DNA of 64,000 nucleotides from contig CBDAUN010000003.1 in assembly GCA_965200645.1 (NCBI GenBank), positions 519,718-583,717 on the forward strand, given 5' to 3'. This DNA is from Arenicellales bacterium. Its GTDB lineage: Bacteria > Pseudomonadota > Gammaproteobacteria > Arenicellales > JAJDZL01. The notes beneath the pieces are model-generated. The model saw only the letters and a program-made list of their open reading frames with translations, had not been told where the DNA came from and did not search any database. Position 1 is the first letter of the stretch; every line of letters begins with the position of its first letter. Positions 8,846 to 19,675 of this stretch are shown one piece after another. Both the position numbers and the translations under genes were made by a program.

Positions 8846-11800
8846 ATGGCTAATTTCGCGCCCATAGCGATAATCGGCGCGGCATGCAAGTTTCCCGGTG
8901 ATGCCAATTCACCAACTCAGTTTTGGCAAAACATCGTTTCTGGTTCAGATTCAGTTGAAGCAATTCCATCTGACAGATGGGATCCAAATTACTTCAACAA
9001 TATTCAATCGCAGTCGGCGGTCTTCGCCAAAACGGGTGGGTTCATTCATGACATATTTGACTTTGACCCAGTCTTCTTTGGAATTTCGCCCAGAGAGGCT
9101 GAAGATATTGATCCACAACAACGTTTATTACTTCAACTTGCATGGCGAACCAGTGAAGATGCTGCCACTTCGACTACGGACTTAAGTGCTTGCAGCACTG
9201 GTGTTTTTGTTGGTGTAATCAACCATGACTACGCCAGAGTTCTTCTTTCTGATGCTGATCATATCGGCCCACACACCGGACTGGGTCGGTCGGGAAGTAT
9301 TGCTGCTAACCGAATTTCGTATGCATTTGATTTTTGCGGGCCAAGCGTCGCTATAGACACCGCCTGCTCTTCTTCTTTAGTTGCAGTCGATAAGGCTTGT
9401 CGTGCTCTGCATACCGGAGGCTGTGATGTAGCATTTGCCGGCGGTGCAAACGCCATTTTGCTTCCAGAAAGCTACTTGGAATTTGGTCGTGCGCAAATGC
9501 TCTCTGCGACCGGACGATGTCGAGCATTTGACGCAAAAGCTGACGGTTTCGTACGAGCAGAAGGTGGAGGCATGATTCTGTTGAAGCGGTTGTCAGATGC
9601 GGTTGCAGACGGAGACCGAATCCGTGCGGTGATACTGGCAACAGTTGTTAATCAGGACGGCAAGACACCAGGAATTATGTCCCCCAGTGAAACTGCACAA
9701 ATCGAAATGATGAAACTAGCCATAAATGTAGCAGATATTTCTCCTTCTATCCTGGGTTATGTTGAGGCACATGGTACTGGCACCCAGTCCGGGGATGTCA
9801 TAGAAGCCAGATCCATCGGAACAGCTTACGGCCAAACAGGTGACCATCCTATATCAGTTGGGTCCGTTAAAACAAACATTGGACACACCGAAAGTGCTGC
9901 GGGAATTGCGGGATTGATTAAAGCAATGCTTTCGATAGAACACAACTGCATAGCGCCAAATTTGCATTTTAGTGAACCGAACTCTCAAATCAACTTTGAG
10001 CAATTGAATTTGCATGTTCCTTGCGAGTTGGAGGCTTGGCCAACTCCGAAGAGTCAACCACGTATTGCAGCAATAAATTCATTTGGATTTGGAGGTACGA
10101 ACGCGCACGCAATCATTCGACAATCGCCCTTGGATTTCACTCAGCGAAACCGCTCGAAGTACGAAAGTAATTTGATTCCTTTATCTACCCATTCTCAAGA
10201 GCATTTACACCCGGTTGAAAAGTTTATTTCAAAGCAAGTAACCGAAGGCGTTGACCCAAGAACCGTCAGTTTCGCTGCGCAACGAACTTCAAATTATCCG
10301 TACCGCAGTGCGTTCATTTTTACTGGCGCATCTGCATGCTCCAATCAGTCAAAACTTGATCGTGTCTCGCTTGCCAAATTAGTTGCAAAGACTAGTGAGA
10401 AATCACCACCCAAAGTGGCATTTGTATTTAGTGGGATTGCAGGAAACTGGCACAATACTGGTTGTCAACTATACCAAAGCAATCAAGTATTCAAGTCAGT
10501 TATCGACAATTGTGATGGAATTTTTCGTAACAGATTTGAAAACTCCATTGTTCGGGAGGTCTTGTCTAAAGGAAAGATACCCGACTCCCGCATTCATCAT
10601 CTGCACCCCCTACTCTTTTCGTTTCAAGTTGCTTTATTTGAACTTTGGCGTTCATACGGAGTTGAGCCAGATGTGATTTACGGACACAGTATTGGAGAAG
10701 CCGCCGCAGCCTGTGCATCTGGAGCAATGAGTTTGGACGAGTGTGCAAGAATCATATCAATCCGCTGTGATCGGTTTCAGCACTATGAAAATACCGGCAA
10801 GATGGTTGCGGCAGCAATGAGCTATGTAAATGCAGTTAAAGTTGTTGAAGGTTTCAGTAGAGAACTATTCATCGCCGGAATTAGCGGCCCAAATTCGGTC
10901 ACATTTTCAGGTACAAAGTCAGCAGCTAAGAAACTTATCGAACACCTGGATTTAAATAGGGTGTTTTATCGAGTTTTGGACATTACCGTTCCCTTTCACA
11001 GTCCACTGATTGACGAGGCTCGGTCTGACGTTCTCAGAGCCATTAACTTAGTGTCAACTAGAGACAAAAATAGTAACTGGGTCCCGTCCTTTGGAGACAC
11101 TAAATGCCAACATGATTTCGGAAGTTGTGAATTCTGGTGGAACAACTTCCATGCACCATTTGACTTTGCGCAGACGATCGAAACCACATACACGGAACCG
11201 ACTTTATTTGTTGAGGTTAGTCCTCATCCAAATTTGCTGCATGGCATCAATGAACAAATTAAATTTTTGAAGATTGATGGTATTGCTGTGCCATCACTGA
11301 TGAATAGTAACCAAGAGCTAACTGCATTGCACCACACGTTAGGTACTTTATATGTCAATGGAGTAAACCCAAAGTGGGGCAAGGTTGTTGCAAAATCAGG
11401 CCTTTGTGACTTACCAAAAGTTGAGTTCAATAAACAGCGATATTCAAAAGTCACAAAAAGCGGCCGAACCAATGTGGCGTTTTATGCAGCGACCAGTACC
11501 AGAACCCGCCATGAAGGAAAAGGGATCAGTCAGTCGTATCGGTTCAACTTAGAACACACTGATTGGCTAAGGTCTCATACTGTCCACAAAAAGATAGTCT
11601 TTCCGGCTGCCGGAATCATTGCAATTGCAAATGATTTTGCTCGAAAGCACTTTTTAAAAGAAAGGATTCAAATTCATAACCTTCAACTTAAAAAGTTGAT
11701 TTCGGTCTTCAATTCCGACATTGAAGTCCATTTAGAATTGAAGAATGACGAAAGAAACTTCACTATTACTTCAAATCAAGATGAATCAATCGAAAGTGCT

Positions 11801-14800
11801 TGTGGCGAGATCCTACAGAATTACTCCAAAATTGAATCACTGGACATAACTGCTGCTGCTAAGCGTTGTAACAGTCAAGTACAGTTAAAAGACTACGAGT
11901 CGCGCTTACGAAGCGCCGGATTCAACACTCAGGACGAAACATGCCAAGTCCTAGAAATTCGACATCACAACAATAAAGAGTGTTTTGCAAAAGTTGATCT
12001 CATGGCTACCAGTGAGTGCGACCATAAGTTGCTGATTCATCCTGGCCTCCTCGATACTTGCATTAGAGCCTCATCAATACAGTTAATGTTGAATGGTAAC
12101 TTCTTACCTGTAAGTATTGATAGAATTGCAATATTTAAGTCCGTTGGCAGACACTTTAGATGTCATGCTCACTTAGTCAAAAGATCAATTGCAGAGTCAA
12201 CGGTTGACGTCACAATTGTTGATTCCTCTGATGGTCTAGTTGCACATTTACAAGGTCTTACCATTCGCTATTTAAGTTCTACTTTAACCAAAGAAGAACC
12301 AACTAGTCAGCCTATAAGAATACTTGAACCGACTTGGAATCAACTTCAACTCGATGTTCAATTTGACTTGGAAGATTTAAATCTACGGTTGAATAAGAAA
12401 GCACACTATCTCTGTCACAAGTACAGTCGGGACACCTACTACAGTACCGTCGAACCACTACTAGACCAATTAACTCTTCATCATGTAGTTCAAGCACTTC
12501 ATTCCTTAGACTTAAAATTTGCTTCAGATGACAAATTCAAGATTGAGGAGATTGCCAAACAAATTAAGCTCCCCAAAGAACAAGTCAATCTCTTTCAAAA
12601 TTTATTCTATTTGTTGGCCAAGCATGGCAAAGTCAGAATCGAATCTGAGTTATGTCATGTATTGGAAGATCTCGGTAAAACCAATTCTCCGTTCAACTAT
12701 CGGAAATTCTTGTCGAATTCAGATACTTCGAACTACCTTGCAGAATTCACTTTAATTGAACGGTGTGGAAGTCACCTACCCGAGGTTCTGAATGGCTCAA
12801 CTACTGGATTAGAAGTGCTATTTCCTGATGGGTCAAGTGAATTGCTTGAGAACTTATACTACAGTTCCCCAACTTGCAGGATCTACAACGAGTTGCTAGT
12901 TGATGCAGTAACGCAATTTGTAGAGAGGTCGCCGCAGACGCATCGGTGCAATATTTTAGAAATAGGCGGTGGAACTGGCTCACTGCTTGCAGCGCTTGAA
13001 CCGCTCCTTCGTCTAGGAAAAGTTCGATATACCTTTACCGATATCTCCTCACAATTCGTGAAAAGAGCCAAAATTCGATTCTCACATTTAAACAGAGTTG
13101 AATTTAGTGGGTTGGATATTGATGCAGACCCTTCAGTTCAAGAATTTGAAGCTGAATCCTTCGATCTAGTAATTGCTTCTGACACACTGCACGCTACTCA
13201 CAGCATTCAGCACGCACTTCACAATGTAAAGAAATTATTGCGACCTGATGGCTATTTATTCTTTATTGAACTAACTAATCCACCAGATTGGACGCAGATT
13301 AGTTTTGCAATGCTAAGTAGTTGGTGGAACAATTCAGCAAGCAAAAATCGGAGTAGTTCTCAGTTCAGCACACGTGACGAATGGCTTGAACTCCTAAATG
13401 AAAGCGGATTTCACGAAGTATCTTCAATTACAGACCAAGATAAACATACGGGGTCTTTACATACACTTTTCATTTCAAGGGCAAATTCGGAAGATACTTT
13501 TTTACAACATACCGCCTCGGGGCAAGAAAAAAAGAAATGGCTAATTTTCGGAGACTGCACGTCATTTACACAATCGTTCACGCAACACTTTGGTGAAAAT
13601 CAATTCCACCTCATTCAAGCAGCAGATAATTTTTCAAAATCCAAATCTGGCTACACCATTAATTCCAAAACCTTAGGTGACTATGCCCTGCTGTTTAAGG
13701 CATTAGAAAAGGAAAATTATTTAATTGAAGGCGTGATCTTTCTCTGGACATTGCCTTACAACAATGGAGAATTTCAATTTAAAAATGAATTGAATCACCT
13801 GAAATCTATAACGCTAGCCCTATCCTACCTTTTGCAAGCGGCACAAAGTTCTTCCATTACATTGCCTCGGGTAGTTCTGGTGACGCAAGGCGTGAATAAT
13901 GTCGACCTTGATAAAACCAACCCTTTCAATAGTTTAACTTCAGTTTGTTATGCAATTTCCAAGACGATCAACAATGAATATCCAGCAACCAGTTGCGAAT
14001 TGATGGAAGTTAACTCATCAAACTCTGTATCTATTGAAAGAACTGCCGCATCTATCAAATCAAACGAGATTGATGACGAATCGTCACGCAGTTTTCAGTT
14101 GAAACTAACTCCCCCAAATACAAAATTACAAGCTGTGAATGACGACTATCCAGTTACACTTCAAAGCTCGGATAGTCGGCAGTTGGATGAGTTGGTATTC
14201 ACTAGGAAAGAACTCAAAGACCTTGGTAACAGAGAGATCAGAATAAAAGTTCATGCGTCTTCGTTGAATTTTCGAGATGTAATGATTGCGTTAGGTGCCT
14301 TACCAGATTCGGCGATTTCTAGTGGAAGAGCTGGTCGCTCGCTGGGGATTGAGTGCTCGGGAATTGTAGTCGGTATAGGCAAATTAGTTAGTCGATTTAC
14401 AGTTGGTGATCGAGTAGTAGCTCTTTCGCCAGGCTCGCTTTCAAGTTATGTGACAGCAAATGAACGCTTAGTTTGTTCGATTCCGAGTAGCCTCAGCTTC
14501 GAACAGGCTTGTGGGACACCAACTGTGTATGTGACTGCATTGCTGTGTTTACAGGCTATTTCTGATTTAAGCGCAAACAAGTCTGTTCTGGTTCACACCG
14601 CTTCAGGAGGAGTAGGACTAGCACTGATCAATCTACTCAAGTCTTACGATGCAAAAATTTTTTGTACAGCTGGGTCTGTTAAGAAACGGCAGTTTTTGAA
14701 ACGTCTAGGCGTTTATGCTGTCTTTGATTCTCGGTCTACACATTTCGCAAACGAAGTTCTTAAACTCACAAATTCCCGCGGTGCTGACATCATCATAAAC

Positions 14801-16192
14801 ACACTAGCAGGTAGTGCAGCTTATGAGAACATTCGAGCATTGACTATGGGTGGAACGTTCATTGAACTTGGCAAATTCAGTGAGCGTGAAGATGTAAAAA
14901 ATAAGTTACTGGTGGTCAATCCAACAGCTCGCTATCAGCTTATTGACTTGGATGCACAATGGAAGAGTGACGAAAAGAAAATTTCTTTACAGTTATTCGA
15001 GGTTATCCAGAAAGTTAGTAATGCTTCAATTCCTGCTCTACCGTATCAGACGTTTCCGGTTCATAGAATTACTCAGGCTTTCAAGACGCTAGCCTCAGCG
15101 AAACACATTGGCAAGGTGGTAATTGATTTTGAAGATTTAACTGAAATTCAAGCACATTCTCAACCCGTCATTGACTTCAGCAATGGACCGGTGTTGATCG
15201 TAGGTGGAACTCGTGGATTTGGGTTAGCTACTGCACTTTGGCTAGCGAAAAACGGCGCGAAATCTATCGCTTTGATGAGTCGCTCTAATGACAATTCTAA
15301 GCAGCTGACAAAAGCAGTTAACGAAATGGAACAGCTTGGAGTTTCGGTAACCGTTTCTTTGGTCAATATTGCCGACTTCGATGCGTTACAGTCGTGGCTT
15401 CACACCTATCAAGTAAATAATTCTCCAGTGAAATTCGTGTTTAACTGCGCCATGGTGATCGATGATCGCTTACTTTCAAATATTGATACTGAGAATCTCG
15501 ATAAGGTTTTCGAGCCAAAGATCAACGGCACTTGGAATTTATTCAATGCGTTAAAGCACAATGAGTTAGAAAAGTTTGTGATGTACTCATCCGTTACCTC
15601 TTTAATTGGGCCCGGCGGGCAAGTAGCCTATAGCACGGCTAATGCATTTCAAAATTCTTTTGCCAAATTCGCTCGAAATCACGAAGTTCCCGCAGTCTCA
15701 ATAATCTGGGGGGCTGTGTCAGACCACGGTTACGTTGCTGATATTCCTCAGGCAGTTCACACGATACAGCAAGAAGGATTTCAAGCTGTGGTGGCGGACT
15801 CTTATTTGAATCAACTGCCGGCAATTCTTGGTAATCCTGAAGTGACAGAAGTCGTAGTCGCTGCCGGTGATTCAATGGAAACTGCGTGGACTACCGGTAG
15901 TCTGTCTACACGACACAACTTAATGCCCACAGGCAATCCGAAGAATAAAAGTGAGTCTGGAAACAGCAAGAAATTTAGGAATTCTTCCCAGCGACTCATT
16001 TCCTGTATTGCAAGAGTACTTGACCTAAGTGAGGAGACCATTGACACTCGCAAACCGATTGTAGAATACGGACTAGACAGCCTACTTGCGGTGGAACTAG
16101 CCCATCTAGTCAAAGTTGAATGTGAAGTAGATGTATCGGTGAGTCAATTGCTCGAAAGAGTCACCATCGAAGACCTTTCTGCAACTCAATAA
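8846..16192 (+). CDS. Single-module type I PKS / FAS-like enzyme, KS-AT-DH-cMT-ER-KR-ACP (WcbR/RkpA/SupA-module-like architecture); start ATG 8846 or TTG 8837
   Basis: KS DTACSSS, HGTGT, NIGHTE; AT GHSIGE...R and VPFHS; DH WLRSHTVHKKIVFP and HPGLLD; MT ILEIGGGTGS and TLHAT; ER LNFRDV and HTASGGVG; KR GGTRGFG, VIDD, YSTAN; ACP GLDSL. Confidence 0.95.
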   Translation: MANFAPIAIIGAACKFPGDANSPTQFWQNIVSGSDSVEAIPSDRWDPNYFNNIQSQSAVFAKTGGFIHDIFDFDPVFFGISPREAEDIDPQQRLLLQLAWRTSEDAATSTTDLSACSTGVFVGVINHDYARVLLSDADHIGPHTGLGRSGSIAANRISYAFDFCGPSVAIDTACSSSLVAVDKACRALHTGGCDVAFAGGANAILLPESYLEFGRAQMLSATGRCRAFDAKADGFVRAEGGGMILLKRLSDAVADGDRIRAVILATVVNQDGKTPGIMSPSETAQIEMMKLAINVADISPSILGYVEAHGTGTQSGDVIEARSIGTAYGQTGDHPISVGSVKTNIGHTESAAGIAGLIKAMLSIEHNCIAPNLHFSEPNSQINFEQLNLHVPCELEAWPTPKSQPRIAAINSFGFGGTNAHAIIRQSPLDFTQRNRSKYESNLIPLSTHSQEHLHPVEKFISKQVTEGVDPRTVSFAAQRTSNYPYRSAFIFTGASACSNQSKLDRVSLAKLVAKTSEKSPPKVAFVFSGIAGNWHNTGCQLYQSNQVFKSVIDNCDGIFRNRFENSIVREVLSKGKIPDSRIHHLHPLLFSFQVALFELWRSYGVEPDVIYGHSIGEAAAACASGAMSLDECARIISIRCDRFQHYENTGKMVAAAMSYVNAVKVVEGFSRELFIAGISGPNSVTFSGTKSAAKKLIEHLDLNRVFYRVLDITVPFHSPLIDEARSDVLRAINLVSTRDKNSNWVPSFGDTKCQHDFGSCEFWWNNFHAPFDFAQTIETTYTEPTLFVEVSPHPNLLHGINEQIKFLKIDGIAVPSLMNSNQELTALHHTLGTLYVNGVNPKWGKVVAKSGLCDLPKVEFNKQRYSKVTKSGRTNVAFYAATSTRTRHEGKGISQSYRFNLEHTDWLRSHTVHKKIVFPAAGIIAIANDFARKHFLKERIQIHNLQLKKLISVFNSDIEVHLELKNDERNFTITSNQDESIESACGEILQNYSKIESLDITAAAKRCNSQVQLKDYESRLRSAGFNTQDETCQVLEIRHHNNKECFAKVDLMATSECDHKLLIHPGLLDTCIRASSIQLMLNGNFLPVSIDRIAIFKSVGRHFRCHAHLVKRSIAESTVDVTIVDSSDGLVAHLQGLTIRYLSSTLTKEEPTSQPIRILEPTWNQLQLDVQFDLEDLNLRLNKKAHYLCHKYSRDTYYSTVEPLLDQLTLHHVVQALHSLDLKFASDDKFKIEEIAKQIKLPKEQVNLFQNLFYLLAKHGKVRIESELCHVLEDLGKTNSPFNYRKFLSNSDTSNYLAEFTLIERCGSHLPEVLNGSTTGLEVLFPDGSSELLENLYYSSPTCRIYNELLVDAVTQFVERSPQTHRCNILEIGGGTGSLLAALEPLLRLGKVRYTFTDISSQFVKRAKIRFSHLNRVEFSGLDIDADPSVQEFEAESFDLVIASDTLHATHSIQHALHNVKKLLRPDGYLFFIELTNPPDWTQISFAMLSSWWNNSASKNRSSSQFSTRDEWLELLNESGFHEVSSITDQDKHTGSLHTLFISRANSEDTFLQHTASGQEKKKWLIFGDCTSFTQSFTQHFGENQFHLIQAADNFSKSKSGYTINSKTLGDYALLFKALEKENYLIEGVIFLWTLPYNNGEFQFKNELNHLKSITLALSYLLQAAQSSSITLPRVVLVTQGVNNVDLDKTNPFNSLTSVCYAISKTINNEYPATSCELMEVNSSNSVSIERTAASIKSNEIDDESSRSFQLKLTPPNTKLQAVNDDYPVTLQSSDSRQLDELVFTRKELKDLGNREIRIKVHASSLNFRDVMIALGALPDSAISSGRAGRSLGIECSGIVVGIGKLVSRFTVGDRVVALSPGSLSSYVTANERLVCSIPSSLSFEQACGTPTVYVTALLCLQAISDLSANKSVLVHTASGGVGLALINLLKSYDAKIFCTAGSVKKRQFLKRLGVYAVFDSRSTHFANEVLKLTNSRGADIIINTLAGSAAYENIRALTMGGTFIELGKFSEREDVKNKLLVVNPTARYQLIDLDAQWKSDEKKISLQLFEVIQKVSNASIPALPYQTFPVHRITQAFKTLASAKHIGKVVIDFEDLTEIQAHSQPVIDFSNGPVLIVGGTRGFGLATALWLAKNGAKSIALMSRSNDNSKQLTKAVNEMEQLGVSVTVSLVNIADFDALQSWLHTYQVNNSPVKFVFNCAMVIDDRLLSNIDTENLDKVFEPKINGTWNLFNALKHNELEKFVMYSSVTSLIGPGGQVAYSTANAFQNSFAKFARNHEVPAVSIIWGAVSDHGYVADIPQAVHTIQQEGFQAVVADSYLNQLPAILGNPEVTEVVVAAGDSMETAWTTGSLSTRHNLMPTGNPKNKSESGNSKKFRNSSQRLISCIARVLDLSEETIDTRKPIVEYGLDSLLAVELAHLVKVECEVDVSVSQLLERVTIEDLSATQ

Positions 16193-16243
16193 TTGCTGCG
16201 CGAGAAATTGACACGTGTACACAGTCTTTCTATATAGCCGTTA

Positions 16244-17308
16244 CTACTTCCAAATATCTACATCGATACCCTGTTCGATAAAGTGATCAGCACGATCGGA
16301 AATATAGCGCTGAAAATTAGCTTCAGTTTGGAACGACTGACTCGACACGTAAGCAAATAAAGACTGAGTATGAAAAATTTTGAACCAAGCTTCTGACCGA
16401 ATGACCTCTTTGCCCTGCGTATCGAATAGAATAATCGTGGGTGCGTAAGCTATACCGAGATTAGTAGCCCACTGTCGAGCTGTAGTCTTATTCCCATCAG
16501 GGGTAATTAGTTCAGTATTTTTCCACATATCCAACTGAACTACATCAAAAGCTGAGATTTCACTCCGAGTATCCGCATCGGTTAACACTAAAGAGTGCAG
16601 AGTTTCGCAATTCGGACAATCCGCTTGTTCAAAAAATACCGCGATTGGTTTACCTTCAGACTTGGACCGATCCAAGTTGTAAGGGAGTTCCATAAAGAAA
16701 GGTTCTGTAATTAACTTTCTCGTAGAAGGCGTAACTGGCTGGTTATTGCTGACATACTCTCGAAACGAAATTGACCGGTCTGCGCGATTCGCAACATACT
16801 CCAATGCTAATTTGAATTGCTGCGGAGGCAGGTAACCATTGAGTCGCAATACTTTGCTTGCCTGTTCATCGTAAAAAATCATGGTAGGCGTAAATTGCAC
16901 AGCTAATTCATCGGCAAACTCCTTTTCCGTCAGTTCCGTGCCATCCTCACGAGTCACTTCTCGGTCACCCCAAATATTTAATTCCACCACATCAAAGTTG
17001 CTACGAATGGACTCTACGATGTCCTTTTGACTGAGATTTCGCTCAACCAGGGCATTGCAATACGGACAACCGTCTTGATGAAAGAAGTAAATTAGCCTCC
17101 TCCCCTCTTGTGCCGCTTCTGCAACATCTTCGTTGATATCAAGAAAACTATCTTTGAACCACTCTGGATAAGTGGTTAACTTTGCACCAGAAAATGTTCC
17201 TTGAGAGGATGGTTCAGAACTGCTCTGAGCCATCAATTTGAAAGGTAAAGTAAACAGCAACAAACTGCAGGTACTAACAATTACTACTGATCGTATAAAA
17301 GCATTCAT
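16244..17308 (-). CDS. Tandem thioredoxin-fold (double SoxW-like) periplasmic protein
   Basis: Signal peptide; two Trx-like domains with CPYC and CPNC, each followed by a FTPT/YAPT cis-Pro loop. Confidence 0.8.
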   Translation of the reverse strand: MNAFIRSVVIVSTCSLLLFTLPFKLMAQSSSEPSSQGTFSGAKLTTYPEWFKDSFLDINEDVAEAAQEGRRLIYFFHQDGCPYCNALVERNLSQKDIVESIRSNFDVVELNIWGDREVTREDGTELTEKEFADELAVQFTPTMIFYDEQASKVLRLNGYLPPQQFKLALEYVANRADRSISFREYVSNNQPVTPSTRKLITEPFFMELPYNLDRSKSEGKPIAVFFEQADCPNCETLHSLVLTDADTRSEISAFDVVQLDMWKNTELITPDGNKTTARQWATNLGIAYAPTIILFDTQGKEVIRSEAWFKIFHTQSLFAYVSSQSFQTEANFQRYISDRADHFIEQGIDVDIWK

Positions 17309-17411
17309 ATTTCGCTATAGACTTGTTTGATTAGAGGCCATCCACCTTAAGCAGCGTCCAACACATTCAATGAGACAATTTGCATAAGAATCATTCCCAA
17401 TGAAGTTGATT

Positions 17412-18191
17412 CTAGGCTTCTTCCAAGGCTTCCACAGACTCCGGAATAGTCTGTCCGCCATCTACCACTATAGTTTGACCAGTGATGTAACCCGCTTCTT
17501 TGGAAGCAAAAAACAGAGCTGCGTTTCCGATGTCATCCACGGAACCCAGTCGCTTCAATGGTATTGACGCTGCCATAGTTTCCAGGTAGTCGGCTCCAAG
17601 CCCCTCTAGCCCTTCCGTGATGATGTTGCCTGGCATAACCGCATTGACAGTAATTCCATACTTTGCGAATTCCATACAGGCGGTCTTCATAAATCCAAGT
17701 TGACCCGACTTACTCGCTCCGTAATGAGTCCACCCGGGATACCCAGTTATGGGACCCGTAATAGAGGAGGTCAAAATTATTCGCCCGCCATCACTCTCTT
17801 TCAAATGCGGCAAGCAGCTCTTAATCGCAAGAAAAGTTCCCTTTAAATTAACTCCGAGTACAAGGTCCCACTCGTCGCTGGACATATTCTCTAAGTGACT
17901 CTGGGGGAAAATGCCTGCGTTCGAGCATAGCACATCAATACCTCCGAATCGTTCGGCGGCCGCTTGTGCCATTGCATCCATATCGTTAGGGTTGGCGACA
18001 TCAGCAGAAAACGCTGAAGCCGTACCGCCTTGTGCATTAATTTCACTTGCAGTTGCTTCTGCATCTGACATGCCTCTAGCTACGATTAGTACCTTGGCAC
18101 CATGCATGGCAAAAACCTTGGCAATCCCCTTACCAATACCCTTGCTAGATCCGGTTACAACAACTGATTTGTCCTTTACGCTTGTCAACAT
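17412..18191 (-). CDS. SDR, 1-amino-2-propanol dehydrogenase / aminoacetone reductase-like
   Basis: TGSSKGIG, NAGIFP, TSSITGPITGYPGWTHYGASKSGQLGF, PGNIITEGL..LG..YL..M...IP; this pattern matches my recollection of actinobacterial aminoalcohol dehydrogenases of RMM/AAU loci. Confidence 0.8.
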   Translation of the reverse strand: MLTSVKDKSVVVTGSSKGIGKGIAKVFAMHGAKVLIVARGMSDAEATASEINAQGGTASAFSADVANPNDMDAMAQAAAERFGGIDVLCSNAGIFPQSHLENMSSDEWDLVLGVNLKGTFLAIKSCLPHLKESDGGRIILTSSITGPITGYPGWTHYGASKSGQLGFMKTACMEFAKYGITVNAVMPGNIITEGLEGLGADYLETMAASIPLKRLGSVDDIGNAALFFASKEAGYITGQTIVVDGGQTIPESVEALEEA

Positions 18192-18382
18192 GTTAAGTCT
18201 CCCACTAGATCATCATGAATTTTTCTAATAATGGCGCGTGCACTCAACACGCCATCTAAAATCTGCACAGTGCAATATCAATAATATGCTTTCAACTGTC
18301 AAGTTTTTTACCACAGATGAAATTATCGTAATCGCATATTCAGTGAAATTATGCCATTGTTGCAGCTTCTGAGGAGGACAAC

Positions 18383-19666
18383 ATGAGTGAAACCAAGCAG
18401 GAATTTCTAGAAAGAACAAAAGAATACTGGAATCCCGGAAAGACCGAGGATTGGCAGAACTTTGGTGTCGATTTGGTAATCGATCGTCGTGAAGGCTACT
18501 ATCTATACGACTTGGATGGTAAACGTTTGATTGATGTACACCTAAACGGGGGAACCTACAACCTGGGGCATCGAAATCCCGAAGTTGTGGCTGCTGTCAG
18601 AGAGGGAATGAAGTATTTTGACATCGGAAATCACCACTTCCCTTCCCTAATGCGTACTCATGTTGCGGAAATGCTGGCAAACTGTACACCGGAAGGACTT
18701 CAATACACGATTTATGCTTCCGGCGGAGGCGAAGCAATCGATATCGCGTTGAAGTGCGCCCGACATACAACCAAACGACGTAAGTTTATCTGCATCGACC
18801 ACTGTTATCACGGACATACCGGACTTGCAGTTCAGGTTGGAGACGAAAGATTCGCCAAACTGTTTCTAAGCGATGCTCCACAATCAGATGTAGTTAAAGT
18901 CTCATTCAACGACCTCGATGCCATACGACAGGAAATTAGAAAGGGAGATTCAGCATGTGTCATTATGGAAACCATTCCTGCAACCTATGGATTTCCGATG
19001 CCACAGGAAGGTTATTTAATGGAAATAAAGAAGGAATGTGAAAAGCATGATGTCCTCTACATTGCCGACGAGGTGCAAACAGGTCTGATGAGGTGCGGAG
19101 AGATGTGGGGGGTAGATACCTATGGCATACAACCTGACATTTTGGTTACAGGCAAAGGACTGTCGGGCGGAATCTATCCTATTGGCGCTGTCATCGTTAA
19201 CGAACGGGCGGGAGCTTGGTTAAAGGAAGACGGCTGGGGACACATGTCAACATTTGGTGGTGCGGAACTAGGATGTATTGCTGCTGCCAAAGTGTTGGAA
19301 ATTTCCCAGCGCCCAGAGGTCCGCTCCATGGTGCACTACATCGCCCAATATGTTCGAGATGGTCTAGAGCAACTCAAGGGTAATCATTCCGATTTCTTTG
19401 TTGGTATACGTCAACGGGGAGTTGTGATGGGACTGGAGTTCAACCATCCTCAGGGCGCCATTCATGTAATGAAGGCATTATTTGATAATGGAGTTTGGGC
19501 TATATTCTCCTCACTTGACCCAAAGGTATTACAATTTAAGCCCGGAATACTTGTTGATAAGGAACTTTGTGATGAAGTTCTGAATCGACTGGATTCTGCA
19601 CTGAGTAAAGCCCGCATGGTAGCACATAATTCCAATAATCAATCTGAGCTGGCTGATGCAGCATAA
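18383..19666 (+). CDS. Class III aminotransferase-fold PLP enzyme, probable aminopropanol-phosphate phospho-lyase (BMC signature enzyme)
   Basis: IADEVQTGLMRCG, PLP lysine in VTGKGLSGG, HLNGGTYNLGHRNP; next to kinase and SDR; SD GAGGAGG before the ATG. Confidence 0.75.
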   Translation: MSETKQEFLERTKEYWNPGKTEDWQNFGVDLVIDRREGYYLYDLDGKRLIDVHLNGGTYNLGHRNPEVVAAVREGMKYFDIGNHHFPSLMRTHVAEMLANCTPEGLQYTIYASGGGEAIDIALKCARHTTKRRKFICIDHCYHGHTGLAVQVGDERFAKLFLSDAPQSDVVKVSFNDLDAIRQEIRKGDSACVIMETIPATYGFPMPQEGYLMEIKKECEKHDVLYIADEVQTGLMRCGEMWGVDTYGIQPDILVTGKGLSGGIYPIGAVIVNERAGAWLKEDGWGHMSTFGGAELGCIAAAKVLEISQRPEVRSMVHYIAQYVRDGLEQLKGNHSDFFVGIRQRGVVMGLEFNHPQGAIHVMKALFDNGVWAIFSSLDPKVLQFKPGILVDKELCDEVLNRLDSALSKARMVAHNSNNQSELADAA

Positions 19667-19675
19667 GGAATTAAT

